Assembly (NCBI GenBank): GCA_951406725.2
Contig: OX597831.1
Span: 29,078,001-29,142,000 of the forward strand
Direction of reading: 5' to 3'
DNA from: Octopus vulgaris
Lineage: Eukaryota
DNA length: 64,000 nucleotides
Shown: positions 26,587 through 40,168 of the stretch, in pieces
How positions within the stretch are numbered: position 1 is the first letter of the stretch
Layout: each line of letters opens with the position of its first letter
Notes under the pieces: generated by a model
Database searches by the model: none
Seen by the model: the letters and a program-made list of their open reading frames with translations, nothing else
What the model was told of the DNA's origin: nothing
Program-made: the position numbers and the translations under genes

Positions 26587-27153
26587 TTGGGTTGTCCAGA
26601 AAGTACATGCCAATTTATAGTAGCTTACCTTTCGACTTATTTTAGAACATGTTTGAGTTCATAAAATAGGATTTGACTACACCTCCATTTAGAGCACAGT
26701 TTAAGCTATCTTTTCGTGGAAGAAGGTTTATGTTCCTATAACCTGAGTTAATTCTGTAACCCTTTAAAAATGGAAAATAAGAAAGTTCATTTTCGGCACT
26801 TGATGCTTTGGGAGCCAGACAAAAATTGCTGCAGCTCGGCTGGGATGTGTTACCCCACCCTCCATATTCACCAGATATTGCTCCTTTGGATTTCTGCTTA
26901 TTCAGGTCTCTGCAGAATAGTCTTAATGGTAAAAATTTCAATTCCTTGGATGACATAAAAAGATACCTTGATGAATTCTTTGCCATGAAACCCCCTCAAT
27001 TCTGGGAAGAGGGTATTTTCAAGTTAAAGGGAAGATGGAGACGCATTGTGCAACAGAATGGTTCATATTTGGTTGATTAAAAATGTAATGGCAAGTATTT
27101 ATTGACCTTTTTCTTTCCTTTAAAAATCGGCACGAACTTTCCAGACAACCCAA
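26587..27153 (+). mobile_element. Internally deleted mariner (mellifera-like) with both TIRs
   Basis: TA|ttgggttgtccagaaagt...actttccagacaacccaa|TA. N-terminus MENKKVHFRHLML (26770) is joined to C-terminal WDVLPHPPYSPDIAPLDFCLFRSLQN...NGSYLVD (26808-27080). Confidence 0.92.
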
Positions 27154-27437
27154 TACTATTAAACACAAACACACACACACACACAAACCAGTATTTTATG
27201 TCAGTTGTTTCATTCTGTCACCATCCTTCATTATCAGAACACATACTAGCAGACACAAGTGACCAGCTGCATTCTTGAGCATGACAATTTGCAGTTCTGG
27301 TATTGGGTGTGTGCAAGTGTGTGTGTGTGTATACATGCTTATATGTTATATGTGCATATACATACATATGTTTATAATATGTGAGGGTGTGGGTATGTTG
27401 ATATACGTGTGTATATGTTTACATAAGTGAATTTGTT

Positions 27438-27487
<50 letters not shown>

Positions 27488-27891
27488 TATGTGTAGGTGT
27501 GTTTATATATGTTTACATGTGTATACATACATACATATACACATAGTTGAAATTTAAAGAAAAGCAAAAGATGAAGTGTATGACCAACACACACACACAG
27601 ACACACACACACAAACACACACACACACACACACATATATATATGTATGTATGTATATATGTATGTGTTTGTCTGTGCATATGCATACATATGTTTATAA
27701 ATATGTGACAGTGTGTGTTTATATATGTGTGGTTGTGAGGTTGAGAAGTTTGCTTTCCAATCACATGGTTCCGGGTTCAGTCCCACTGCATGGCACATTG
27801 AGCAAGTGTCTTCTACTATAGCCCCAGACCAATCAAAGCTTTGTGAGTGGATTTGGTAGATGGAAACTGAAAAAAGCCCATCATGTATGTA

Positions 27892-28446
27892 TGAGGGTGA
27901 GTCAAAAAGTAATGCCATTTTGTTTAGGACAGGTATAATTACCAACACAGGAACATGTATCATGCATCAAAATGAAGCTGGTCCTCTGTGGATCACATCC
28001 CTATTTCTCAACATAGTCACCGTTTCTCTCAATAGCAATGTTCCACCTTCGAATGAGAGTATGTATCCCTGCCCCATAAAATTCTGTTGACTGTTCTTTG
28101 AGCCACTTCTTCACTACAGTTTTCACTTCCTCGTCACTAGAATAATGTTTGCCTCTCAACCCTCTTTTGTGGTGCTGAAGAGATGATAGTCTGAAGGCGC
28201 TAAATCTGGTGAGTGTGGAAGTAGCAAAGAAGTGGCTCAAAGAACAGTCAACGGAATTTTACGGGGCAGGTATACATGCTCTCATTCGAAGGTGGAACAT
28301 TGCTATTGAGAGAAATGGTGACTTTGTTGAGAAGTAGGGATATGATCCACAGAGGACCAGCTTCATTTTGATGTATGATACATGTCCCTGTGTTGGTAAT
28401 TATACCTGTCCTAAACAAAATGGCATTACTTTTTGACTCATCCTCG
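27892..28446. mobile_element. Palindromic mariner-derived MITE made of two inverted 3' ends (220-bp arms)
   Basis: 27892-28111 is inverted at 28227-28446, TA-flanked. Minus strand encodes SPDLAPSDYHLF...GLRGKHYSSDEEVK...NGDYVEK* (irritans-like C-terminus, frameshifted). Confidence 0.92.
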
Positions 28447-28776
28447 TATATGTGTATGTCTGTGTGTCTCATTGTCTCAACATTACGTGACAGTCGTAAA
28501 TGAATGTCACAGTCATATAAGCGTTATCATTGATTTCCAGATTTTTGGAAAAACATGTCTGGCTAAAAGGAAATATTACGTTTCTTGGAAAGAAGTGAGG
28601 GTTGGCTACAGGAAAGTCATCCAGCCATAGAAGATCTGTCTCAATAAAATCCAAGTGATGCATGTGAGCATAGAGAAGTGGACATTAAAAGACAATGATG
28701 ACGATGATGATGATGACACCAGCATGAATACATTATACATGGCATCAGTATGGAAATATGTATGTATGTATTTTGT

Positions 28777-28807
<31 letters not shown>

Positions 28808-29658
28808 TGATATACTTTGATATATTTTCCTTGCAAGTTTCTTATTAAAAAATTACTTTATTTTTAAAAAAATTGAAGCTTTAAAAGTTTAAAATGTCTT
28901 TTTAAAGTTGTTGTTTGTTCCTTCTCAAACCACGCCTGGCTCACAAGGGCCGGTCTCCCGGTTTCCTTGGTGTATAGGTTCTCCACCTGGACGGGATGCC
29001 AGTCCGTCGCAGGTGAGCTGCAAGATGCAGGAGGTAAGAGTGAGAGAAAGTTGTGGCGAAAGAATCAGCAGAAGTTCGCCATTACCTTCTGCCAGAGCCA
29101 CATGGAACTTAGGTGTTTCGCTCATAAATACACACATCACCTAGTCTGAGATTTGAACCCGCGATCCCTCAACCACGAGTCTGCTGCTCTAACCATTAGG
29201 CCATGTGCCTCCATATATTTTTAAAGACATCATAAAAATATTAGTGCATGTACTGGTAAAACTTACTTGGTTCTAACCCATGTGATTGTAAAACTTATTT
29301 CTTTGCCATCAATATATGTAATAGTATGTTTTAATATTAATAACCTATATGAGCACAAGTACAGATATATAAAGATGAGAAATGATATTTTTTTAAATTC
29401 CTGTTCATCATGATAACATGAACTGTCGAGGTTTCAGCAAAAGAATTAACTATCGGAAATATACAAACAAAAAACAGATGGAAAGAGAGAGAGAAGGCAA
29501 TAAGTCATTAATAATTGCTATCTTGCCATTTCAGATTTGAAAAAGAAAATGTTTACAGTGAATTAAGATTAATCATTCAGCTAAAAAGAAATTAGAAAAC
29601 TACACTTTGATAAAAATATATTAAAATTGAAGTTTTAAGAATTTTTTAATCAATAGTA

Positions 29659-30037
29659 GGAGCACTCCGTCGGTTGCGACGATGAGGGTCCCAGCTGATA
29701 CGATCAACAGAACAGCTTGCTCGTGATATTAACGTGCAAGTGGCTGAGCACTCCACAGACACGTGTACCCTTAACGTAGTTCTCGGGGATATTCAGCGTG
29801 ACACAGAGAGTGACAAGGCCGGCCCTTTGAAATACAGGTACAACAGAAACAGGAAGAAAGAGCGAGAGAAAGTTGTGGTGAAAGAGTACAGCAGGGTTCA
29901 CCACCACCCCCTGCCGGAGCCTCGAGGAGCTTTAGGTGTTTTCGTTCAATAAACACTGACAATGCCCGGTCTGGGAATCGAAACCGCGATCCTATGACCG
30001 CGAGTCCGCTGCCCTAACCACTGGACCATTGCGCCTC
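29659..30037 (-). mobile_element. SINE family C, full length
   Basis: Near-identical (inverted) to 36818-37205; caatag duplication at the flanks. Confidence 0.85.
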
Positions 30038-30403
30038 AATAGAGACTTTAATAATTGACTTCTTGCAGTAGAAATTACATAATTCCATCTAATTAATAAG
30101 CAGCTTTCTCCGTTATAATATAGGTTTCATTAATCTTATATTTAATATGTGAATTCCCTAAGCAGCCAAGTACAGTTCTGTGCATGTTGCATATACAAAT
30201 TTTTGTTGAATCAAATCAACCTAAGTACTTATTTTTTAAGTTTGGTGTTTTTTCTAATAGCCTCTTTAACCAAAGTGGTAAGTTATGAGGACATAAATAA
30301 ACCAAAGACACATACAAACACACACACACATGTGATGGTCTTCTTTCAGTTTTCCAGTATCAAATCCACTCACAAGGCTTTGGTCAGCCCAGGGCTGAAT
30401 TAA

Positions 30404-30624
30404 CCCTTTCGTTACTGAATTTATTTTGAGATGCTCAGTGTTTCTTCCAATTATGTTAAATATAACAAAGAATTAAGTAAAATAACATCGTTATCATTAA
30501 GCTAGAGTTAGGGACATAAATTGTAACTAAGGTTTGGTGGAAGGTTTTAATTCAGAACTTTTGAAAATCAGACATTTGTACTAAAGAGCCAGAGCCGGTT
30601 TCAGCCGGGTTGGTAACGAAAGGG
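30404..30624. mobile_element. piggyBac-type MITE (221 bp) nested in a family A SINE
   Basis: TTAA|ccctttcgttac ... gtaacgaaaggg|TTAA, perfect 12-bp TIR and TTAA TSD. Confidence 0.88.
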
Positions 30625-31102
30625 TTAAAAGACATTTGCCCAAGGGGCTGCACGGTAGGACTGAACCCAAGACAACATTGGTTGGGAAGCAAGCTTCTCA
30701 GCCACACAGCCACGCCTATATTTTTTGATACAAAAGCAGAAGAAATTCTATATATAAAAATGAAATTTTGTCCTTGTCTGCTGAAACCTGAAGACTAAGC
30801 GAATGGAATGTGAAGTTGTAACATAAAAATAAAGTAAGAGAACTCACAATATGGGAAAATAAAGATGGGATGCAGAATTTGGCAGTGTGACTATTGACCA
30901 TATAATTCTTGAATTAATAAACTACATCCATGGAGGCCTACAAATAACACCAGTACATAGTCCCACACACACATACAGGCATATATACAAACACATACCA
31001 ATGCACAGGAAAAAGAATTTTCCCGTCCTTGTCCTTTGTTTTCTTTAAAAAGAAAAAAAATGAAGAAATACTTTGAGACTCAATCAAAATTTTGTCTTTT
31101 AC

Positions 31103-31252
31103 CTCAACGTACAGCAAACGCACCGTCTCGTCGGAAGAGAAGTTTAAGAAGTAGTTTTTGTAATGGTGATAGACATCTTCGTCTTGCATCTGTTGTAGAT
31201 GTTGTTGAGAGAATTCTCCTCCACGTAGCCAGCATTGAGAGCTGCCAGCCAT
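31103..31252 (-). CDS. MYO5: Candidate first coding exon of myosin V (50 aa): MAGSSQCWLRGGEFSQQHLQQMQDEDVYHHYKNYFLNFSSDETVRLLYVE
   Basis: Unique non-repetitive sequence with aaaaATGG start context, 150 bp open, GAG|gtaaaa phase-0 donor in frame with the 23256 acceptor. The end LLYVE aligns with the ELYTK end of canonical myosin V exon 1. Confidence 0.65.
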
Positions 31253-31839
31253 TTTTATGCATTTCTAGCAGCGGAGGGGCACAGAAGAAAAAAAAAAAAC
31301 ATTCGGATAATGCCCACACTCCCCACCGTCTTCCAGCAACACCCAGGATTGCAATGAGAATAGTTTACACAACAGCAACACCAATAACACCAAGTGTTAA
31401 ATAGTTGCCAGTAATGAGAAAGAGAGAGAGAGAGAGAGGGGGGAAAGTAAATAAGAGGAAAATTTACTAGTAATGAAGCTAGTTAGTAATTATCTCAGAT
31501 ATATAGGACAAACACACACACATCTAAGGTCTGTTGTTGTTGATGTGATGTTGTTGTTGTACTTTGAGAGAAGCAACCCTACAATTATATGGGCGTGCGC
31601 GCACACGCACACACACACATACACACACAGAGACACACATAGAATCCATTTGTCACATCTCTGTAATTCTTTCATTCAGTTAACCCATGCTGCCCTACCA
31701 AACGCCAACACTGGAACAATCCTAATTCCAAATGGTTACAAAAAAAAAAAATTAATGCAGAAATTATGGATTATTGGTGGTATCTATACACACACACACA
31801 CACACACACGCACATATAAGATCCAAAGATCAAGGTGTA

Positions 31840-32859
31840 GGAAGAAAGTTAGCTTCAAGCAATCTATAGTAAATATAAAAACAACTTTCAGGGACAACAG
31901 TGGTTTACTGAGACGGAGGGTTGCGGATTTTTTCGTATCAAAGTATGATAAACTGAAAAAAAGTTTTCTTTATATTTCACGGTGGGCGACCAAGGTTGTC
32001 AGCAATGCAAATAAGAATACAAGAGTTAAGGAATGGAGTGGATAAGATCTGGGCTACATATGTTTTATAGCGGGTGGAACATAGGAAGTGGTAGATATCC
32101 AAGGTGTATAATGTAGGCTACTCATCAGTCCAAGGGCATCAGGCCACTAGTATTTTGGGACACTGTCAAATTCTCTGAGTCCAGATTTGTTGTATTTTCT
32201 GACAGTGGTTGAGTGTGGGTCTGGAGATTCGGTGATCAAGCATTTGACATGAAAAGATTGCAGCCAACAGTGAAATATGGTAGCTATTCTGTGATGGTCC
32301 AGGGAGCAATTTGGAGCAATAGTGTGAGGCAAACATAAACTCAAATATATGTCCATATGAGTGTGAGGCAAACATAAACTCAAATATATGTCCATATTGC
32401 AGAAAGGACTCCTTCCAATCTTCTCCAGTGGTGAAATGATTAAAGAAGACTCTTCATGGAAGATGGGGCTCCTTGTCACACAGCTAAAATGACCCAAGAG
32501 TTGTTGGATGAGAATGGCATTAAAAAGCTTCTATGGCCAAGCCAGTCACCAGATATGAACCCTATTGAACACCTCTGGGGCATAATGGACAGGACACTTC
32601 ATAAAAAAAGAATAAGAAAGCATCTTCAAAGCCAGATCTTTTGAGATTACTGCATGAAACTTGGCAAGAAATTCCTCGGGAGAATATTCGTCATCTGATC
32701 GTTAACATGCCTAACAGAGTCCTTGCATTGAAAAACGCAAGGGGCATGTCTACTAAATATTAAATATTCACATCATAACAATTAAAAATTAATTTGAATG
32801 TATAATTTCAGATTTAAATAAATTCTAACGATTATAAGGGTGTCATTTTCTGTCACGTC

Positions 32860-32861
<2 letters not shown>
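31840..32861 (+). mobile_element. Decayed Tc1-family transposon
   Basis: Motifs [24 protein letters not shown] and EDGAPCHTAK..WPSQSPDMNPIEHLW; putative right end tgtcacgtctg; internal duplication of about 36 bp at 32322-32396. Left boundary uncertain. Confidence 0.85.
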
Positions 32862-32918
<57 letters not shown>

Positions 32919-33339
32919 ATATATATGTATACATATATATGTATACATATATATATATATATCTATTTATACATATATATATGTATACATATATATCTAT
33001 GTATAGATATATATATTATGCATGTGTGTATGTATTTATTTATGTGTGTCTCTGTGTCTGTCCCTCTACCATTACTTGACAACCGATGCTGGTGTGTTTA
33101 CGTCCCTGTAACTTAGCAGTTCAGCAAAAGAAACCGATAGAATAAGTTCTAGGCTTACAAAGAATAAGTCCTGCAGTCGATTTCTTTGACTAAAACCATT
33201 TAAGGTGGTGCTCCAGCATTGTTGCAGTCAAAATGACTGAAATGTGTAAAGGGCACATATGCATCCGAATAATTCCCTCTGCTATGAGAATAAAGCCTGA
33301 AATTTTGTGTGATGGGGTTACGTGATTACTAAATAAATT

Positions 33340-33690
33340 TACAGACTCTCATAGATTGGCCAATGAGGTTCAACATCTAGTTTCTGTTGTTCCAAGATGA
33401 TGGCAGGAGGGAGGAAGTTCCAGAGGGATGCAGCCTTGGGGGAGAAAGGAATGGGAAAAAACTGAGGGCCAGACCATTGTGGGAAGCAGTTGTAAGTTAT
33501 AACGATGTGGTGATTGAGGTCTAGCATTTGTTATAGTTATGTCATTGTGTTGGATTGATACGGGTAGTAGTAGATGGCGTGGAAGGAACCCTCCTGTTCT
33601 ACCCCTGCCCAGTCATCCAGTCATTCCACTGGTCTGATCAGGGCTGACAACTGGAACGATTGGCTGGGTGTGACACATAGATCCAGTCAC
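33340..33690 (-). mobile_element. Ancient LINE 3' remnant (CR1/Jockey-like)
   Basis: PFSPKAASLWNFLPPAI resembles the conserved SFFP....WNSLP C-terminal motif. Confidence 0.35.
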
Positions 33691-33879
33691 TGCTCATATA
33701 CGTGTGTGTATATGTATGCATTTGTGAGACTGGGTGGGTGTATTATTAAACAAGAATACACTGTCAACATACAGTGGAAGTGATTGATACGCAAGCACAC
33801 AAAAATAAATATATACACACACATATACATATACGCATACACATATATATACACACATGCATATATATACATATATATA

Positions 33880-33921
<42 letters not shown>

Positions 33922-33994
33922 CATATATTTACAAACATAGATACATACCCTTACATATACATATCCATAAATATATATACCTATATATACTTAC

Positions 33995-34025
<31 letters not shown>

Positions 34026-34059
34026 TGCTTTACATACCTCTCTCTTTCTCTGTATATTT

Positions 34060-34092
<33 letters not shown>

Positions 34093-34893
34093 ACTAGACA
34101 CACATACAGATATATATATAGGTAGATTAATTAGAGAGACAGAAGCAGTGGGGTGGGGTACATTGTTATTCAAGTATAAAGAACCATGTGATAGCAGGAG
34201 AAACGACACAAAGGATAGGAAATAGTTTTGTTTTCAGTACAAAGAATTTGTGGCACCAGTAGAGGAGATAGACTATGGCAGGGCCAACTGGTGGGAAAAT
34301 ACCAACAAAATATTTAACAAATCTACAATATGAGTAATCAAACAGTCTTGTTTATATTACAAGAAAACGCCTAATGATAAAACTGAAAACAGTGGAAATT
34401 ATACAGCTCTTTTGATTACATCTCGTTATTCTAAATTGAATAACTTTACTCTCATTCAGGTACACTACCTGTGCTTCCACCTGTGTTCATTGTTCACTGT
34501 GATTTCCCCTATCCATCTGACATGTGCTTCTCACACTCCTACAAGCTTACTTACTCATACTAATTCTCTTAGATTTGTTTTCCTGTAACCCGAGGAGCTG
34601 CCCCGATGTGTCTTTATCACGATCCTCTCTCTCTCTTCCAAAAGGACTAACCATGTGTCTCTCTACAGTAAGACACCTGTTCCTGTTCTCATATCATGCT
34701 TTGACCTCTCATCACCAGGCATAAAACTTTTTCCCTTAATGCTACACTCCATCCACTCAGCTGATGGGGTCTTGTCTTGCAAGCTACTTAAAAACCTCAC
34801 TTGTTTTGGTGCCACATCAAAAGCAACAGCAAGTAAAAAGTAAAGTTACCTTCTCGAGTCATAAGGGCCAGTTTCCCAGTTTCATGGCATATA

Positions 34894-35023
34894 CAGGGTG
34901 ATTCAAAAGTCACCATACATAGGAAAAATTAATTTTTTTATAAGAAACAGTTAAATAAAAAAAACTGTTTCTTATAAAAAAAAATAAATTGTTCTTATGT
35001 ATGGCGAATTTTGAACCACTTTG
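34894..35023. mobile_element. 130-bp palindromic Tc1/mariner-type MITE nested in a SINE
   Basis: TA|cagggtgattcaaaagtcaccatacatag...cttatgtatggcgaattttgaaccactttg|TA; complementarity extends nearly to the centre. Confidence 0.8.
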
Positions 35024-35729
35024 TATATTCCCCACCTGGACAGGACTCTGGTCCATTGCAGGATTACACGTTTTTACCAGCTGAGCAGGTTGGAGCAACG
35101 TGAAATGAAGTGTTTTGCTCAAGAACACAATGTATTGCCCAGTCCAGGAATCGAAACCACAATCTTACAATCAGGAATCCAACACCCTAGCCAATAAGCC
35201 ACACACCTCCACTCCAAAAGCAACCAGTACACTTTGTAAAATAGTTGGCGTCAGGAAGAGCATCTAGCCATAGAAACCATGTCAAAGCCGACACTGGAGT
35301 TTGATGCAGGTTAGCTCCTGTCAAACTGGCCAACCCACGCCAGCTTGGAAAATGGATGTTGAATAATGATGATGTTGATGGTGATGATGATGATATACAT
35401 TACATCATATTTACTATGAGAAACAGTGCCAACCCACATCAGTTGGTTTTATTCTAGTTTATGTAATATAGTATATTACCTCATCTTTTGGTGTGACATG
35501 ACACTGCTTGCTACACGTGTCCTTTCCTAATTTGAAATGGTGTGATTTAAAGGAAATTTGTCTACTATTTCCAGCAGGGTTTCTGGTTGTACAAAACCCT
35601 CTTTGTTCAGCTTGAAATAATTTGGTAGCTATTTATTCCCAGATCAGCTGCAACTGAACAGTCTTATGATAAAAGTAGTCGCTCATAACAATCTAATCTT
35701 TTTACATGCTACACGGGTAAAGAAGGTGC

Positions 35730-36380
35730 TTTAAATAGATGTAAATGGAGGCATCAGATTGCTGGACCAGGTCATGGAAGTTATGGAGAGAGTGATAGCT
35801 AAGTTAATTAGAAACAGAATCAGACCAGATGAAATGCAGTTTGGTTTTGTGTTGGGGAGAAGTACTACTGATGCTATCTTAGTCAGACAACTTCAGGAAA
35901 AGAATTTAGCTTTAAGCAAACCACTGTACTTGGCATCCAATGACCTGGAGGAAGTCATTGACAGAGTCACTCACTCGGTGATATAGTGGCTTTTGAGGAA
36001 GCTAGGGGTAGATGAAAGGCTTGTGAAAGCCACACAGGCCCTGTACAGGGATGGCATCAGTAAGGTGAGAGTTAGCCATGAGTATAGTGACAAATTTAGT
36101 GTACAGGTAGGTGTTCATCATTGTCTTCCAGGTCATAACAGAAGAATCCAAGATGGGTTGCTCCTGGGAACTACTACATGTTGATGATTTCACTCTTATA
36201 GCAGAATCAGTAACAAAATTAGAAAAGAAATCCTGGGTGTAGAAGCTAAACTTGGAATTGAAGGGCCTTAAAAATTAAGTTAGCAAAGACCAAAGTTCTA
36301 AGCAAACAGGCAAACAGATAGGCCTCTATTCATTTCAGGCAAATGGCTCTGCTTGATACATAGGAAAGGTATCAGGAAGC
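35730..36380 (+). mobile_element. RTE-clade LINE reverse-transcriptase pseudogene fragment
   Basis: MQFGFVLGRSTTDAI..RQLQEK..KPLYLASNDLEEVIDRV..LRKLGVDERLVK..FSVQVGVH, with stops and frameshifts. Confidence 0.88.
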
Positions 36381-36817
36381 AAGCAAACTGATATTCCCCA
36401 TGAACAGAAAAAGTATCTTGAAGGGTGTACCCACTTACTGATGAGTGGACTGCAGCAACCATCACCTTCACTGATTACAATCCCAGCATGTGGTGAGTGC
36501 ATTTTATTTGACTCAGTTATTAAATCTCTTAATAATCCTTGGGGCGGGGTGGGTGCATGCAGAACAGCAAGAATCCAACCGATAATGTATCCACTCGTTC
36601 TTAATAGGCACTGGCAGATTCATACATGAATATCGGATTGCTCTTGTTCATAACAACCAACAAACAAACAATGTGCTGATGCATGCAAATGTCTGCCAAA
36701 CAAATAATACATTCTGCCAGAATGAATAAATATGTCACTGTACGGATTCTCATTGTTCTACATACATCACATGAATTATCATCTGTTTGGCAGACATCTG
36801 CATGCATCACCATATAT

Positions 36818-37205
36818 GTGGAGGCGCAATGGCACAGTGGTTAGGGCAGCAGACTCGCGGTCATAGGATCGCGGTTTCGATTCCCAGACCGGGCGTTGTG
36901 AGTGTTTATTGAGCGAAAACACCTAAAAAAGCTCCACGAGGCTCCGGCAGGGGATGGCGGTGATCCCTGCTGTACTCTTTCACCACAACTTTCTCTCACT
37001 CTTACTTCCTGTTTCTGTTGTACCTGTATTTCAAGGGGCCGGCCTTGTCATTCTCTGTGTCACGCTGAATATCCCTGAGAACTACGTTAAGGGTACACGT
37101 GTCTGTGGAGTGCTCAGCCACTTACACGTTAATTTCACGAGCAGGCTGTTCCGTTGATTCGGATCAACCGGAACCCTCATCGTCATAACCGACGGAGTGC
37201 TTCCA
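36818..37205 (+). mobile_element. SINE family C, full length (tRNA-derived, octopus OR-like)
   Basis: A box tggcacagtgg, B box gtttcgattcc. Related copies at about 16865-17190+, 19680-19951-, 34845-35210-, 41530-41731-, 45705-46005-, 46520-46920-, 51275-51523-, 59810-60143-. Confidence 0.88.
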
Positions 37206-37387
37206 CATATAATCGGTTTGCTGATTCCAATAAACAAGAGCTGTACTCTCATTTAGATTCATAAGTCCAGTGGAGTAGCTTCGACTGAGGAGACATACAA
37301 TGAGGCCAAAACACTGTGGTGCTATGAAGTCTCCTTACAGTGTTGAACCCGTGAATCAGGTGTGTTATGAATACACATCTTCTAAAG

Positions 37388-37964
37388 CAAGGATTCTCAA
37401 CCATTTTTTTTACTTGTGGACCCTTTTGATTATAATTTTATTCTAGTGGATCCCCAAGGTCATTCAATGTTTAAAAACTAGTTTTATAGATGTTTATTTT
37501 TGAACTCCCATCTTCTTTTTCACACATTAACTTGTGTATGTTTAACTAGGTAAAAGGCTAGAGAAAGAAACCTATCTGTTTCTTGCAATATATACCATCA
37601 CATGGGTGGCAAGCTGGCAAAACCGTTAGCGAGCTGGGCGAAATGCTTAATGGTATTTCATCTGCCGTTACGTTCTGAGTTCAAATTCCACTGAGGTCGA
37701 CTTTGCCTTTCATCTTTTCAGGGTCGATTATATAAGTATCAGTTACGCACTGGGGTTGATGTAATTGGCTTACTCTCTTTGTTTGTCCTTGTTTGTCCCC
37801 TCTATGTTTAACCCCCTGTGGGCAGTAAAGAAATATATACCAATATATATATCTAAAGCAGCATTTTTTCAGGAGCCCTTAAAATATTATTGTGAATCCC
37901 AAATTTAGTGTTTTGTGTCATGGACTCCCAAAATTCTTATATGGACCCTGGTTGAGAACCACTG
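37388..37964. mobile_element. hAT-type MITE with nested family B SINE
   Basis: Ends caaggattctcaacc / ggttgagaaccactg; degenerate 8-bp flanks ttctaaag / atctgaaa. Confidence 0.65.
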
Positions 37965-38010
37965 ATCTGAAAGGAGGAGGAGGAGATGTTCTCCAATGAT
38001 GAACAAACAT

Positions 38011-38421
38011 AGGCGTAGGAGTGGCTGTGTGTGTGGTAAGTATCTTGCTTACGAACCACATGGTTCCGGGTTCAGTCCCACTGTGTGGCACCTTGGGCAA
38101 GTGTCTTCTACTATAGCCTCAGGCCGACCAAAGCCTTGTGAGAGGATTTGGTAGATGGAAACTTAAAGAAGCCCGTCGTATATATGTATATATATAGATG
38201 TATGTGTGTGTGTATACGTTTGTGTGTCTGTGTTTGTCCTCCGAACATCGCTTGACAACCGATGCTGGTGAGTTTACGTCCCCATAGTTTAGCAGTTCGG
38301 CAAAAGAGACCGATAGAATAAGTACTAGGCTTACAAAGAATAAGTCCTGAGGTTGATTTGCTCGACTAAAGGCAGTGCTCCAGCATGGCCACAGTCAAAT
38401 GACTGAAACAAGTAAAAGAGT
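38011..38421 (+). mobile_element. SINE family A, full length (most abundant repeat; internal TA/TG microsatellite)
   Basis: More than 20 copies, e.g. about 10255-10655+, 15795-16530+, 18590-18935-, 21205-21420+, 24700-25115-, 38986-39371+, 39955-40455+, 41308-41525-, 42970-43600+, 44628-45008-, 49225-49575+, 55998-56400-, 58810-59110-, 63505-63790-, 63825-64000+. Confidence 0.9.
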
Positions 38422-40131
38422 AAACAACAGTGATGAGATGTTCACATCGGAATGTTCTAGAATGTATTTAAGAAGAAATCGACACATTATACTAAATTCT
38501 TCTCCTTATGATATAATGATTTCTAATTTGGACACAAAGCCAGTAATGTTATCAGATAGGGATGGCGTATTAATTGATTACATTAATCCTAGTGCATCGC
38601 GGGTACTTTATTTTATCGACTGGCAAAGTTGACCTTGGTAGGTTTTGAACTCAGATTGTGAAGCACAAGAACAAATACCACAAAGGTATTTTTTCTGATG
38701 CTTTACTGGTTCTGCTAACCCACACCACCTGTCATATGATGAAACACTAACATATTGGGGAGCTCATCTAGTTTGCGGAGATTATTTCAAAGAAATCTTT
38801 TTGCAATTAACCTCACCATCAGCAACTTTGATAAATTAAATCCTTGATTATCCTGTATATCATATGTGATACACAGGTCATATTTCCCTGGTATTCGTGC
38901 ATTGTATATGATACACGCTCCCATTTTTTTGGAAAGTTTTATAATACTTAGAATTTATAAAACAAAGACTAACGCATAACTAACTAGCGCAGGAGTGGCT
39001 GTGTGGTAAGTAGCTTGCTTACCAACCACATGGTTCCGGGTTCAGTCCCACTGCGTGGCATCTTGGGCAAGTGTCTTCTGCTATAGCCCCGGGTCAACCA
39101 ATGCCTTGTGAGTGGATTTGGTAGACGGAAACTGAAAGAAACCTGTCGTATATATGTATATATATACATGTGTGTGTGTGTATATGTTTGTGTGTCTGTG
39201 TTTGTCCCCCTAGCATTGCTTGACAACCGATGCTGGTGTGTTTATGTCCCCGTCACTTAGCGGTTCGGCAAAAGAGACCGATAAAATAAGTACTGGGCTT
39301 ACAAAGAATAAGTCCCGGGGTCGATCTGCTCCAGCATGGCCGCAGTCAAATGACTGAAACAAGTAAAAGAGTATGTATGTTAGGAAGGACATCCAGCTGT
39401 GGAAACCATGCCAATACAGGTATGGAGCCAAAAATACAGCAGCTAAAGAGTTATATAGGTAAAACGTTGTAAAGCATTGATAACAAGATTCTAGTGTGGT
39501 TTTTTGGAGGATTAGGCTGATCTTCAGAGATGATGAAGGAGGTCTAATATTGAAGATTTTATCTCGTTTCCTGAAGATGAGGTGAATACTGTGAACACTT
39601 GTAGCTTTATGCAACGTGTATTGTTGAAACAAAGAGACAATGTTTGGATATAAAAAAAGTATGGGTAATTAGAGAGAGAGAGAGAGAGAGAGAGCAGGTG
39701 GGAGAGGTAGAGGGGAGAGGGGGACGGGCAGAGTGAGGGGGGAGATGGGGAGAGAAGAGAGGTAGAGACGGGGGAGCAGAAACAAATGTGAATTGTTCGG
39801 CTGATATTATCCTGAAATTATTGGGAAAGTCGGACATGCTTGGCAAAGTTTAATAATGTTTGTGTGTTTGTTTGTGTGTGCATTAGTTGCGTATCCATGA
39901 GTATAAATTCTTATAAATGAACACACACACACACACATACGCACAAATATACAGATTTGGCTGTTTGGTTAAGAAGCTTGCTTCCAAGCCATGTGATCTT
40001 GGGTTCAGTCCCACTGCATGGCACCTTGGACAAGTAAGTATTTTTCTACTATAACCCCAGACTGACCAAAGCCTTGTGAGTGGATCTGGCAGACGGAAAC
40101 CATTATAAAAGCTTGTTATGTGTTTATAAAA

Positions 40132-40168
<37 letters not shown>

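Noticed and set aside
31103-31252. Resemblance to an FFAR4-like GPCR N-terminus
   Set aside because: No transmembrane exon found; the in-frame downstream exon is myosin V-like.
36818-36895. tRNA gene
   Set aside because: The tRNA-like head continues into a multi-copy SINE body; no complete cloverleaf or terminator seen.
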